Positions 12,321-24,740 of a DNA stretch of 64,000 nucleotides are shown here, in pieces (within the stretch, counting starts at the first letter, position 1; every line of letters starts with the position of its first letter). The notes below the pieces were generated by a model that did not search any database, was not told the DNA's origin, and was given only the letters and a program-made list of their open reading frames with translations. The translations under genes were made by a program, and so were the position numbers. Origin of the DNA: Chiloscyllium plagiosum. Taxonomy: Eukaryota. The stretch covers positions 3,711,428 through 3,775,427 of the forward strand of contig NC_057758.1 in the NCBI RefSeq assembly GCF_004010195.1, read 5' to 3'.

Positions 12321-13839
12321 GAGACTTTGCCGATATTAACAGTCTGATATTTCCTGCTCTCTTCCTTTGACCATGTTGGAGGGCTCCGCTTCACACTTCT
12401 CCCTTGAGGTTTGGCGGTTGGAAACCATTTCCGTGGAACTCGGATTGCAAACGGTGTCAGATACGCTCTGCCGTCTCCAGGTACAGAGCAGCTGAGCAGA
12501 AGATGAAGGGAGTATTCATCCTCCTCCTTTAACTCCTGGCCCTGGCTCTGTCGAGAACTGACCTTTTGCCACGGAGACATTTCATCCACCAAGGTCAGTC
12601 GCTAACACGTGGGGCGTGCGTGCGGTGGCTTGTCGAGAGGCTGGTTCTCGAATTGGTAGAACACTGCTGGCTCAAGTTGATTCCACACTGCCCCACTGGC
12701 CGCAGTCACCGTACATTACCTGTCAGTCTGCCCTCTGACAGTGCCTCCTCTTTGCTTGGCACTGAGGTTTGAAGGCTAGAAAAACAGATAGACAGACAGA
12801 GAGAAAAACAAACACACACAAACACACAGTGAGACCCAGAAACATGTTACTTAAGAGCAGGTGTCGGCTGAAGGCCCCTCTATATGCTGACAGCCGGCCC
12901 TCTCACTCAACGTATATTTCCCACTTGCAACCCTCACCCCTTGATTCCTTTAAAATAATTTTTAAACTCTTTCTCTTGAGCCTCAGCGCAAGTCTCTGTG
13001 ACACCCGTGCAGTCACCCATATTTACTGCCAGATCCTATCTTTGAGGCAGTGCCCGTGTGAGTAGATAGAAATCATTGAATTCGATGTCTGCGTTGAAGC
13101 CGGAGAACAGAGCAATTCGGAGATACAGGTTTGTCGGAAGCTGTGTGGAGTATGTTTCGAGGTTTATTTTCTGGGCGTGGTGGTAGACTGCCAATGCCTC
13201 GCATCCCCACATTCCCGAACGTAGAAAACAAGATGCAGAGTCAAAAAGCATTTCATGGGCGTTTGTTTGCAGAGAGTAATGTCGCACGTGCGCGATCCCC
13301 CTGACCCGATTCGCTCCCACTCTTCATTGTTCAGGTGAGATATGGCCATCACTTCACCGTTGATAATGCCGATGTGGTGCACAAGTGAGTTTAGAGGAAT
13401 CCCAGCTAATCCCAGACCTCGCTGGTTTCGTTCGCAGAGACTGGAGCCAAATGTGAGGTGGTGAGAGGCCTGTGCGAAAAGCAACCAAGTTGAGAGGACG
13501 AGCTGAAGATCATAACCAAGTGCAACCAGGCACCCTCTGTTGCTGAGCGAAGGAGTTGGTGATGTTGGCTTTACTGATGGCCCAGATGCTCTCCATCTTC
13601 CATGTGTGAGATTGCAATGGCATAGATGTGGTGGAACGGGGCGATGGGAGTCGCATCTCCCGACCATTCCCTTCCACACTTCTTCGCTTGACACTGAAGC
13701 CTCCTACAGCCTAATGACCCCGCCCTCTGTCAAAGCGGCAATAAATATTGAGGACAGTGTTTGTCAATCGGTCTCTCCTTCTGCCTCAGTGTCTTGTTCA
13801 TCCATTCTGAACTCTCAGAGGTGGGGAGAGATTGGGTAT

Positions 13840-14670
13840 ATGCACACAGGCAGACACAGAGACACACACAGACGCATAGAGATGTTCACACACACGGCGA
13901 CACACACAGAGGCACACCCACAGCCACACATACACACATACATAAACTCCACCACATACACACCCACACACACGCTCACACACCCACCACCATACACAGA
14001 TACCCACATNNNNNNNNNNNNNNNNNNNNNNNNNNNNNNNNNNNNNNNNNNNNNNNNNNNNNNNNNNNNNNNNNNNNNNNNNNNNNNNNNNNNNNNNNNN
14101 NNNNNNNNNNNNNNNNNNNNNNNNNNNNNNNNNNNNNNNNNNNNNNNNNNNNNNNNNNNNNNNNNNNNNNNNNNNNNNNNNNNNNNNNNNNNNNNNNNNN
14201 NNNNNNNNNNNNNNNNNNNNNNNNNNNNNNCTACCCACATACATGCTCAAACATACACAAACAGAAGCCTTCATACATACAGACACACACAGACCCATCC
14301 CGATACATACACTCCACAACAGGTGTGCGCACATCCACCCACACACTCACAGAATTCTACATGCTCCTGCACACTCAAAAACAACACATACAACCGTACA
14401 CACACGCACACACAGACACACCCACACATGCAAACGTACTACACACATCCATACACAGCCACACAATCACACAAATCCTCATCCCCACACAACCTTATAT
14501 ACACCCACACTTTCACCTACACACACTGACACAACCACGCACACACCCCCTACACACCCACAAACATTACATACACACCCACACACACCCACACACCTAC
14601 ATATCCAGCCAATCCAACACACATCCACCCACACAATTTCACCGCCCACACACTCACAAACACACAACAG
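13840..14670. repeat. CA-rich low-complexity tract containing an assembly gap (14010-14230)
   Basis: Degenerate (CA)n plus an N run. Confidence 0.85.
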
Positions 14671-15774
14671 TTGTAACCGTGGTGTAGAATTAATCGAATT
14701 TATCCCACAAATACTATATGTTAGATTGAGATACAAAGGGACGAAGGATAGATCTGTGGCAGCAGTCGTTTTGGTTACTCCATTGAAAATGATCATGTCA
14801 TTTATTTTATCAAAATCTTCGAATCTTGGATTGATAGTTTTCCATCTGGAACGAACTTTTTCTCGAATCCTGAAACTACGATTTGCTGATGGAACAAAGG
14901 CACAGATAAACCATCATCCTCTTTCATGTCAGTACACGTTTGACAGACTGAATAGGCACTCCCTGGGCCAATCATTACTTAAACAGATTGAGCACTCAGA
15001 GATGTAAACGGTAAAAGAAAAAATAACACCTTCTGTTGGTAACAAAAGTTTCCACCGGCATCAAGGTTGCAAGGATCAAGAGCAGGTTTTCTCACCTTAT
15101 ACTAACCTCCTCGGACTAGCAGTTAGATGAGTGGATCACGGTCCCCCTCTGTACTAGATTTCAGATTATTCAATAAGGAATAGTCCCACAGGCCCTCTGC
15201 GGATTGTGCCCCAACTATGGTCACATAAATGGAACAGTCCAGTGGGCTGCTCTTCACTGACAAAAATGAGAATTGTTCTGCATTGCAGCGAAATATTCAG
15301 CTCAGCATGTGACAAGAATTACAGATACCCATCCCATTTTTTCTTTCTTATGGATTGGCCCACGCTTAGTGATGCAGACATGGAGTTCTCCCTGTTGCCT
15401 TGGCACCATTAGTTACCGGGTCAGCAGCAAAGTGAGCGCAGCTCTTCCACTTATTACAATAGGGAATGTTTGAGGGAGCTTTCAGTGTACAAATCAGTTG
15501 CTATGAGCAATGAAAGCACTTTATAAATAGTTTTATTGTTCAGAACTCTGTATTGTCATTGGCCCGTCTTGTATACCAGGTTAAACTCGACCTCGTGTTC
15601 TATTTCCTTCCTTTTTCAGAGTTGTCTCGCTCTCCCTCTCTCTCCCGTACTCACCCTCTCTTCATTTTCCTCACACTATCCATCTCTATACTGTTTCTCT
15701 TTATTTCGGATTATTCCCTTCCTCCATTACTTTTCTCAATCCCCTGTCTCCCTCCCCTTACCAAACATTTAATA

Positions 15775-17410
15775 TCTCCCTTTTATATTCACTGTTTTCC
15801 TTGATTACTCCAGTTGTTTCTCCTTCCTCCGCCCCCATCTCCAGTTTCCTCTCATGCTTTCACTGTGTACTCTTGTGTCGGCTTTGTGTGTGAGGGTAAA
15901 CGTCTGTTCTATGTGAGAATCAGTGCGTGCATATCTGCTTTCCCTTGCCATGGCGACACATAACGTTTCACAATAAGTAATAGATTGAGCATTGGAAAGT
16001 GCAATTGCAGTTAGATGGGATAGTGAGGGCTGCGTTTGGAATTTCCTGCCTGGGTCAGTGCATTTGTTAAAGCAGTTGGGAGGTCATGTTTCGGCTGTAC
16101 AGGACACTCTGTCGGCGAACTTTGGAAGATGGTGTGTAATTTTGATTTCTTTCCTATCGGACGAATGTTGTGAATCTTATAAGGGTTCACAAAAGATTTA
16201 CAGGATATTGCTAGGATTGAAGGGTTTGAGGTAGAGGAGGAGGCTGAATCTGCTAAGGCTATTTTCCCTGAATCGTCAGGAACTGAGGGGTGGATTATAG
16301 ACTTTTGTAAAACTATGACGGCATTGGATCGAGTAAATAGACNNNNNNNNNNNNNNNNNNNNNNNNNNNNNNNNNNNNNNNNNNNNNNNNNNNNNNNNNN
16401 NNNNNNNNNNNNNNNNNNNNNNNNNNNNNNNNNNNNNNNNNNNNNNNNNNNNNNNNNNNNNNNNNNNNNNNNNNNNNNNNNNNNNNNNNNNNNNNNNNNN
16501 NNNNNNNNNNNNNNNNNNNNNNNNNNNNNNNNNNNNNNNNNNNNNNNNNNNNNNNNNNNNNNNNNNNNNNNNNNNNNNNNNNNNNNNNNNNNNNNNNNNN
16601 NNNNNNNNNNNNNNNNNNNNNNNNNNNNNNNNNNNNNNNNNNNNNNNNNNNNNNNNNNNNNNNNNNNNNNNNNNNNNNNNNNNNNNNNNNNNNNNNNNNN
16701 NNNNNNNNNNNNNNNNNNNNNNNNNNNNNNNNNNNNNNNNNNNNNNNNNNNNNNNNNNNNNNNNNNNNNNNNNNNNNNNNNNNNNNNNNNNNNNNNNNNN
16801 NNNNNNNNNNNNNNNNNNNNNNNNNNNNNNNNNNNNNNNNNNTCTCCCTTTTATATTCACTGTTTTCCTTGATTACTCCAGTTGTCTCTCCTTCCTCCGC
16901 CCCCATCTCCAGTTTCCTCTCATGCTTTCACTGTGTACTCTTGTGTCGGCTTTGTGTGTGAGGGTAAACGTCTGTTCTATGTGAGAATCAGTGCGTGCAT
17001 ATCTGCTTTCTCTTGCCATGGCGACACATAACGTTTCACAATAAGTAATAGATTGAGCATTGGAAAGTGCAATTGCAGTTAGATGGGATAGTGAGGGCTG
17101 CGTTTGGAATTTCCTGCCTGGGTCAGTGCATTTGTTAAAGCAGTTGGGAGGTCATGTTTCGGCTGTACAGGACACTCTGTAGGCGAACTTTGGAAGATGG
17201 TGTGTAATTTTGATTTCTTTCCTATCGGACGAATGTTGTGAATCTTATAAGGGTTCACAAAAGATTTACAGGATATTGCTAGGATTGAAGGGTTTGAGGT
17301 AGAGGAGGAGGCTGAATCTGCTAAGGCTATTTTCCCTGAATCGTCAGGAACTGAGGGGTGGATTATAGACTTTTGTAAAACTATGACGGCATTGGATCGA
17401 GTAAATAGAC
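15775..17410. other. 568-bp sequence duplicated on both sides of a 500-N gap (probable allelic overlap or scaffolding artefact)
   Basis: 15775-16342 matches 16843-17410 except for about 3 substitutions; N run at 16343-16842. Confidence 0.85.
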
Positions 17411-17599
17411 AATGCCTTTTCTCCAGAATGGGGTGTCCAAACAAGAGGGCAGAGGTTTATCGTGGGAGTAACAACATTTAAAGGAACCATTTCACATAGG
17501 ATGTGGTGCGTCTTTGGAATGAGCTGCCAGAGGACGATTTGGACTGAAGGGTCTGTTTCCATGTTGTACACCTCTATGACTCGGTGATTCTATGGATCC

Positions 17600-18975
17600 A
17601 TGATATTGAACACAGCATCCAGAGCGAATAAACAGTCAATATCCACTTCTAATGCAATGTCCCCATAAACAGACAATGAGTGATTGGTGCATACTCAGCA
17701 CCAGCTCACCCTTTTGAAATTCACTGAAGGATATCAGACAGGATAGTGACTGACAACAGGACAGTTTCATTTCAATGGTCAATACTGAACAAACCGGCAA
17801 TGGCTGTATACGAGTAGCCTGTGCTAAATTTGGCAAGGAACCTTTGCGTCATACAATTTCCAGGCCATCTCCATCTTCATAAAACACTGTCGCATCACTG
17901 CCTTTTGATAGTCAATGGCGATACCATGACTGATACCGCCCGCCCGCGTGCTCCACATCTGTCCACATCCTGGGGATTACCAGTGAGAGCGAATCACCTG
18001 ATTGCCTCATGGCATTCAATGGTATTACCACCATCGGTTTATCGAATTCCCTGACGATTATCACGCTGGTGATTACCATGGAAACACAATCTAAACATTG
18101 CCCTTTGAAGTTCAATGTTATCACCATCACAAATGCCGCCCATACTGCAATATCTTCGGTGTTTACATTGAGAGGGAATCTGACGATAGTCCCTTGATAT
18201 TCAATAGCATTGCCATCGCTGAGCTGCGTCACGATACAAAACCTGGGGGATTACCATTGAACAGAAATTGAACTGGAGTCACCAAGTCAATAGAGTCGTG
18301 TATGGGCAGGTCGGAGGGTGGATAAATTGCAGAGTCTCCCTAAAGCTGGTCCACCATCGATAAGGCTAAGTCAGGAATGTGATGAAATACTTTCCTGTTG
18401 GCTGAATAAGTGCAGCTCCAAGAATACTACACACAGTCAACATTATCGCAGAGAGGTCAGCCCGCCTGGTTGACACCAGATTCAGGAAACACTCCTGAAA
18501 CCGACCCTGTTGGTTAGAGGCAAATGGAAATTGAAATTGCTGGAAATCTCTGCAGAATGGTACTATGTGCGAAGGAGAAAGAGAACGAATGTTCCACAGG
18601 TTTTCCCTCCCTCCACCTTAAAGGCACAGTAGCAGCAACGTGTGTCAACTACAAAACACACTGCACAAATTATCTAACGATCCTCAGTCAGCACCTCCCA
18701 AACAAATGACCGTTTCCATCCAGAAGGAGAAGGGCAACGGATGTACATGAACACCACACCCTGCACGTTGCCCTTCAAGCCACTCGCTATCCTGACTTGG
18801 AAATATATTCGCCATTCCTTCATGACTGCAGGGTCAAAATCGTTGAAATCCCTCTGTAATGGCTCTATGGAATCTATCAGCAGCACATGGAACACAGCAT
18901 TTCATGAAGGCACCTCACGACTACCTTCTCAGGGGCAAATTAGGAATGGCGATAAATGCAAGATCCACGCGTGAA
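17600..18975. mobile_element. Degraded non-LTR (L2/CR1-group) LINE remnants, including local tandem copies of an RT segment
   Basis: cctgggggattaccattgaacagaaattgaactgg (LGVTIDQKLNW-like) and 3'-end-like sequence gggcaaattaggaatggcgataaatgc. Confidence 0.5.
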
Positions 18976-18989
18976 TAAAATAAAATTAT

Positions 18990-21270
18990 CATTTACACTA
19001 CGGTAGATCGGTAAGGCGGCCTTTGTGTGTCGTCGCAGGAGATGGGGGAGATACTGACCGAGTATCTTGCATCAATGTTTACTGTGGAAATGGATACAGA
19101 AGATATAGAAAGTAGCGAAATAAATGGTGACATCTGGAAAAATGTCCATTTTCCAAATGAGGAAGTGCTGAACGTCTTGAATTGCATAAAAGTTGATAAG
19201 TCCCAGGACCTTTTCAGGTGTAACGTAGAACTCTGCGGGAAGCTGGGGAAGTGATGGCTGATCCACTTGCTGAGATATTCATATTATCAACAGTCATAGC
19301 TGAAGTGCCGGAAGGCTGGAGGTTGGCGAACATGGTGTCACTGTTTACGAAAGGCTGTAAGGTCAATGCAGGGAACTGTATTTCAGTGAGCCTGACACTC
19401 GGAGTTTGGAAGTTGAAGGAGGGAATCCTGACGGATATGACGTACATGTATTTGGAAAGGCAGGCATTGATCAGGAAAAGCCAACATGGCTTTGAGTGTG
19501 GGAAACCATGTTACATAAAATTAATTCAGTTTTTTGAAGAAGTAACAAAGAGGATTGATATGGGCAGAACAGTAGATGTGATCTACAGGGACTTCAGTCA
19601 GGCGTTCGACAAGATTCCCCATGGGAGACTGGATAGCAAGATTCGATCTCAAAGAATAAAGGCAGAACTAGCCATTTCGATACAGAACTGGCTCAAAGGG
19701 AGAAGACAGATTGTAGTCGTGGAGAGTTGTTTTTCAGACTGGAAGCATGTTATCAGTGGAGCGCCACAGGATCAGTGTTGGGTCCATTACATTTCGACAT
19801 TTCCTTCAATGATTTGGATGTGAGCATAAGAGAGATAGGTAGTAAGTTTGCTCTTAACACCAAAATTGGAGGTGTAGTGGATAGTGCCGAAGGTTACCTC
19901 AGATTACAACGGGATCGAAATTAGTTGGGTCAATAGGCTGAGAAGTGGCAGATGGAGTTGAATTTAGTTTAATGTTTAATTTTAGTTTAATGTTGCGGCT
20001 AAATAGATAAAGTCTTTTCCCTCTGGTCGGGGAGACCAGAACTAGAGGGCATAGGTTTAGGGTGAGAGGGGAAAGATATAAATGAGACCTGAGGGTCAAC
20101 GTTTTCCAAGCAGAGTATGGAATGAGCTGCCAGAAGATGTGTTGGAGGCTGGTACAATTTCCCTCTGGTCGGGGAGACCAGAACTAGAGGGCATAGGTTT
20201 AGGGTGAGAGGGATAAATGAGACCTGAGGGTCAACGTTTTCCAAGCAGATAATGGAATGAGCTGCCAGAAGATGTGTTGGAGGCTGATACAATTGCAACA
20301 TTTAAGATTGCATCTGGATGTGTATATGAATAGGAAGGGTTTGGAGGGATGTGGGCCGGGTGCTGGCAGGTGGGACTAGATTGGGTTGGGATACCTTGTC
20401 GGTATGGATGGGTTGGGCCAAATGATCTGTTTCCATGCTGTACATCTCTATGACTGTATCACTCTAGATAAATGTATGTTGCTGCATTGTGGGAAAGTAA
20501 ATCAATGCAGGACCTATGCACTTAATTGCAAGGTCCAAGCGAGTGCTGCTGAACTAAGAGACCTTGGAGTGCAGGTTCCTAGTGTTTTAAAAGTGGAGTC
20601 ACAGATAGATAGGAGAGTGAAGAAGGCGTTCGGTATGCTTTCTTTTATTGGTCAGAGTACTGAGTACAGGGGTTGGGAGGTATTGTTGCGGCATTAAAGA
20701 ACACTGGTAGGACACTTCTGGAATATAGTTGTCAATTCTGGTCTCCTTCTTCCTATGACAAGGAAGTTGTGAAACTTCAAAGTGTTCAGAAAAGATTTAC
20801 GAAGACTTTGCCAGGTTGGAGATTTTGTGGTATAGGGAGAAGTTGAATACGATGGTGCTCTTTTCCCCAGAGCGCCGAAGGCTGAGGGGTTATCTTACAG
20901 ACTTTTATAAAATCATGAGAGCGTGGATAGAATAAATAGACAAACTGTTTTCTCTGGGTCGGGGAAGACTAGAACTCGAGGGCATGGGTTTAGGTTGAAA
21001 GGGGAAATGTTACAAAAAGAGCGAAGGGACAAAATATTCACAAAGAGGGTGGTACATGTATGGAATGTGTTGTCAGAGGAAGTGGTGGAGGCTAGTACAA
21101 TTGCAACATTTAATAATCATCTGAATGGATATACATATAGGAAGGATTTGAAGGGATGTGGGCCGGGTGATGGCAGTTGGGATTAGATCGGGTTGTGATA
21201 TTTAACCAGCATGGACGAGTTGGACCGAAGGCTCTGTTCTCATGAGTCCATCTTTATGACTCTATGACTG
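18990..21270 (+). mobile_element. CR1-type LINE reverse transcriptase region and 3' end, with a second CR1 3' fragment (~19985-20462) nested in it
   Basis: RT motifs VPEGWRLANMVSLF, VDVIYRDFSQAFDKIPH, GSVLGP, KFALNTKIGG; 3' tails (tctatgac)n at ~20450 and ~21260; frameshifted. Confidence 0.9.
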
Positions 21271-22639
21271 TATTTAAGTATCTAAAGCGTTTGGATATAT
21301 CAGGGAAACAGAGAGAGCGATTTTGAATGAAAAATGGGAAAACAGAGAGAGAACCAACTAATAAAATTTCAGGATAGAGGAAGGGAGATAGAACGGGAAG
21401 AAAAAACAGATTGGAAAAGGGTGTGGAAAGGGGAGGAAGGACAGAAAGAGAGAGATTCAGACAGAGGTAAGGAGGGAGATAGCGGTAGTTAGGGAGAGAA
21501 AGAGCGTTGCAAACAGAGAGTGAAGGAGTTAACAGGGAGATCAGGAGAAACGAGAAAACAGAGAACATAGAAATGAATGGTGGAACTGTGACTTGGGGCA
21601 GCAATAACTTGTTCGTGAGGTGTGAGACTGTTGCAGTAGTGGCAGAAAGGAGTACACAGCAAGATCTAACAATCAACCTCTGGTTATGATAGCATAATCT
21701 GTTCCACTGATGCTATTCTGTGTGTAAGTATTAAATGCTGGCTGAAAGCAACACGGAAAATCAGCACAGGAGTTAGGATGCACTCCGGTCGATGCACGTT
21801 AACGATCCATGGTGAAGGGTACCTTGTTTGGTTTGCGATGAGAACCCTTGTCGTGCTCTGATAGTCAGACGCTGCAAGTGGCATCAATTGGAGCAAGCTA
21901 TTTCCGTAATTCTTCCTCCATCCTAGAGCACAATCCAAAGTGAGGGTTTTAAGCTAATTTTGAAATTTATAAATTCAGCGAAATCGGCTTGAACATACAA
22001 CGGTTGAGCTCTGCCAAACTGAACCACTTAATGTGGAAAGGAATTAACTTTCTGTTCTCGATGACCAATTCACTGGGGTCCTTGATCTCAGAGTCTAGGC
22101 ATTGGTCTGTGGATGACTGATGTCTCTTGTTGGGGATACCGCATTTTAGACTGGGCATGGTGAATGGGGACAGAAAAGCACGAAGTGAAACACGTGGAGC
22201 AGTGTGTAAATTGGTGGTCATAGCTTCACAGTTATGAGGAAACAACATATGCCTTTCTCTCCTGCAGCATCAAATATCCTTTTCCCTTCTGACTAGGAGG
22301 GAAGGTGAAAGGGAAATGCAGAGTGGCATTACCATTAAGTCAGCCTTTGGACTGGAGAGTAATTCCCCTCCTGCTGCTGAGGGACTTTCGCACTTTCCCG
22401 ATAGACCACCACACAAGCTCAGAATTAGATGCTTTCACAGTCGTGTGGGATTGTGGGAGGAGAGAATGCCATTAATCTATGCATTACGCAGAGTTCCTCC
22501 ATCAACTCGAAACGTTGCAGCACACCTCTAAAATCTGTACAATTTGAAAGTGGATCAACTGACTCAGAGGGTAACAAAATGAGAAATTTCCAGAGAAACT
22601 CAGCAGGCCTGGCAGCACCTCTATTCAGAAAAATCCCCA

Positions 22640-22875
22640 CAGCTGCGTGGATTTCCTTCGGGTGCTCTGGTTTCTTTCCCCAGTCAAATATGTGCAGGTT
22701 AGGTGAATTGGCAACGCTGAATTGCCCGTAAGTTCTAGGGTCATATAGGTTAAGTGCATTTGTCATGGGAAATATATTTGCCGGGTAATGGATTGTGTCG
22801 GGATGGGATACTCATCAGAGGTTTGGTGTGCGCTCGGTGGGTCTCATTGTTTGGTTCAACACTGTAGCGTTTCTA
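22640..22875 (+). mobile_element. HE1/V-SINE-type SINE fragment
   Basis: gcgtggatttccttcgggtgctctggtttctttccccagtcaaatatgtgcaggttaggtgaattggc. Confidence 0.75.
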
Positions 22876-24279
22876 TGAATACAGAGATAAGGCTTCGGAG
22901 ACACAACAACAAAAATGATCTGTTCCCCTACCACGAACGCTCAGAGCAACAATGTGTACCACGTGCATGATAAATTCCACAGATGCACCAAATCTCCTTG
23001 GCGATCTCTTTACAAGGCCAAGGTGAGGTGGACTGCCAGAGGTCCGGCAGGGGATGGTCTGAGGGGAATACACATCAGAAATATACTACCCAGTGTTCAA
23101 AGACATTGTGAATAAGTTGAACACCACTGGCGTCATATAGATGCCCAGATTGGAGATTCCAGATCTGTCCTGAATCTACTCCATTTAGCACAATGACTGT
23201 ACTCAATAACAGAACTGGATACTCAGTGTGGCGGCAATATTTAATCTTCACCAGGACTGTGTGGTCTTCATTACTAACAATAGTGATGTGGACAGATGTG
23301 CGCGAGTCAGCAAGATTTGTTAGAAGGAAGTCAAGGACATTATTTCCCTTCCTGCTGCTTCCCTCGCCAGGAATTGCAGGAAGACTTTGGCTTGCAAACC
23401 TCGATCAATTCGACTCGTCATTGGAGAACCCGAGACTTTCAGGATGAAGGCGGTTCAAATCCGAAAGCCAAAATGAAATTAGAGTGCTCAATCCTTTCCA
23501 ACAGTTTATCATTTTCGCGTTATGTAGTGGAGGAAAAGACCATCGGATGAGAATGGCACAGTTGGAACGACGAGATATAAATTAAATTCTGACCTCCACT
23601 CCCTCCAATCAAAGGAACAAAAGAAACTCGATCATGGACATCAGGCAATGCAATGAATTTTATTGATACGATCTAGAATGCAGTAAGTCGGGGTGATTGG
23701 ATACACATTATTGTATACTGTCGATCTATAGGAAGAATCGTTTGGAACAGTTGCTGCCTCAGACGAGTCTGACTTCAGATTTATTTCCTAAACATCAATT
23801 TTCCCTTGCAGCAGTATAGCCCAATTTCACAAATCCCACTGTAAGGAATTGCATGTGGAGGACAAGGAGATCGCTTGCAAGTTCCCCTCTGGAGTGCACA
23901 AGAGATGAAGAAATCTGTAAAACAGGAAGAAAACTTAAGTGATGTCTCCAGCCAGGGCAGTTTGCCCTCCGTGTGTTATCAATCCAAACAACATGGCGAC
24001 CAGAAATGTATCCAGTGCTGCCAGTGTGATCCAATCCAGGAGATGGACTCCAGATCTGTTCACAGTAATCCCAATATGGGCTTACCAAGGGATGTAAAGA
24101 TGATAACAGTGCCCAAAGCTCTCAGTGGTGTCTTATCAAGGGAGAAAGAGACGAGAACTGTCTGAAGGTCCTCAATGAATCTCGGTGAGTTGGTCTTCGG
24201 AGCGTTAGTGTGTACTTCTTGCGTCGAAGGGCCTGCTTCAACAGAGTCGGGGTTCTATTAAAATAATATTGTCAGTGAG

Positions 24280-24740
24280 GCATATTGAGACAGGGACTGT
24301 GCACTGTGCTGCGTCTGTCATCGAACTGAGGCATATAGAGTCGAGAACTATGTACAGTGTGGTCTTGCAAGGGAGATTGGTACTATATCTATGTTTAGTG
24401 GACCACTTATAGTCTCACTAAAGGATATGGCGGCAAGAACTGTGCACAATGCATCCAGTTTGGACTAAGTAAGGGATATAGAGGCCAGACAAGTGCGCAT
24501 TGCGCCTACTGTGACTAAAAGAAGCGACATGCTCTCAGTGTCATGTGACTGAGGTATAAGCAGCCTAGAAGGGTTCGCAGTGTTGTCAAGTTGACTTGCC
24601 AAGGGAGATCACAGGTATCGTTGTGCACAGTGTTCGAAACAGTGTTGCACGGTAGGCTATAGTGATCAGAACTGTGCACAGTGATCCCAGTGTGACTTAA
24701 CCAATGGATGTGTCGATCAGCTTTGTGCACAGCTCTATGG
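24280..24740. repeat. Degenerate ~51-bp minisatellite, same family as 3040-3610 in inverted orientation
   Basis: Recurrent gatat..ag..agaactgtgcacagtg, the reverse complement of the core of the 3040-3610 array. Confidence 0.55.

Larger units (their letters stand above)
263..15100 (-). pseudogene. Degenerate alpha-tectorin/uromodulin-like gene copy A (NIDO - D8C - ZP-N - ZP-C - hydrophobic tail)
   Basis: Minus-strand exon-like blocks in the expected domain order: ~15050-15095 (LLLILATLMP, signal-like); ~14680-15000 (MKEDDGLSVPL, NIDO N-term-like); 12938-13726 (TWKMESIWAISKANITNSF, SGFNADIEFNDFY, NIDO-like; ttgacag acceptor, GTGAGG donor); ~12340-12775 (PQCQAKRR, PAVFYQFENQ, D8C-like; ttttctag acceptor); 10988-11386 (LNPCSL, DTTHACYNSL, ZP-N-like); ~3860-4000 (EFCCLY); 3624-3783 (ttcctcag...GTAAGT, ZP-C-start-like); ~2345-2742; 263-483. 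Many stops and frameshifts. The homology call is from remembered TECTA/UMOD motifs, not a search. Confidence 0.55.

Noticed and set aside
13036..13320. SGFNADIEFNDF read as a VWD-domain motif
   Set aside because: The surrounding motifs and their order fit NIDO better, and the cysteine of the VWD GLCG motif is absent.
13540..15007. Long plus-strand His/Thr-rich ORFs (329, 308 and 254 aa)
   Set aside because: They are products of CA-rich low complexity and read-through of an N gap.
16276..16906. ORFs of 185-197 aa
   Set aside because: They consist almost entirely of N-gap.
19027..21186. RT ORFs as an active or domesticated gene
   Set aside because: They are frameshifted, truncated CR1 fragments with degenerate catalytic motifs.
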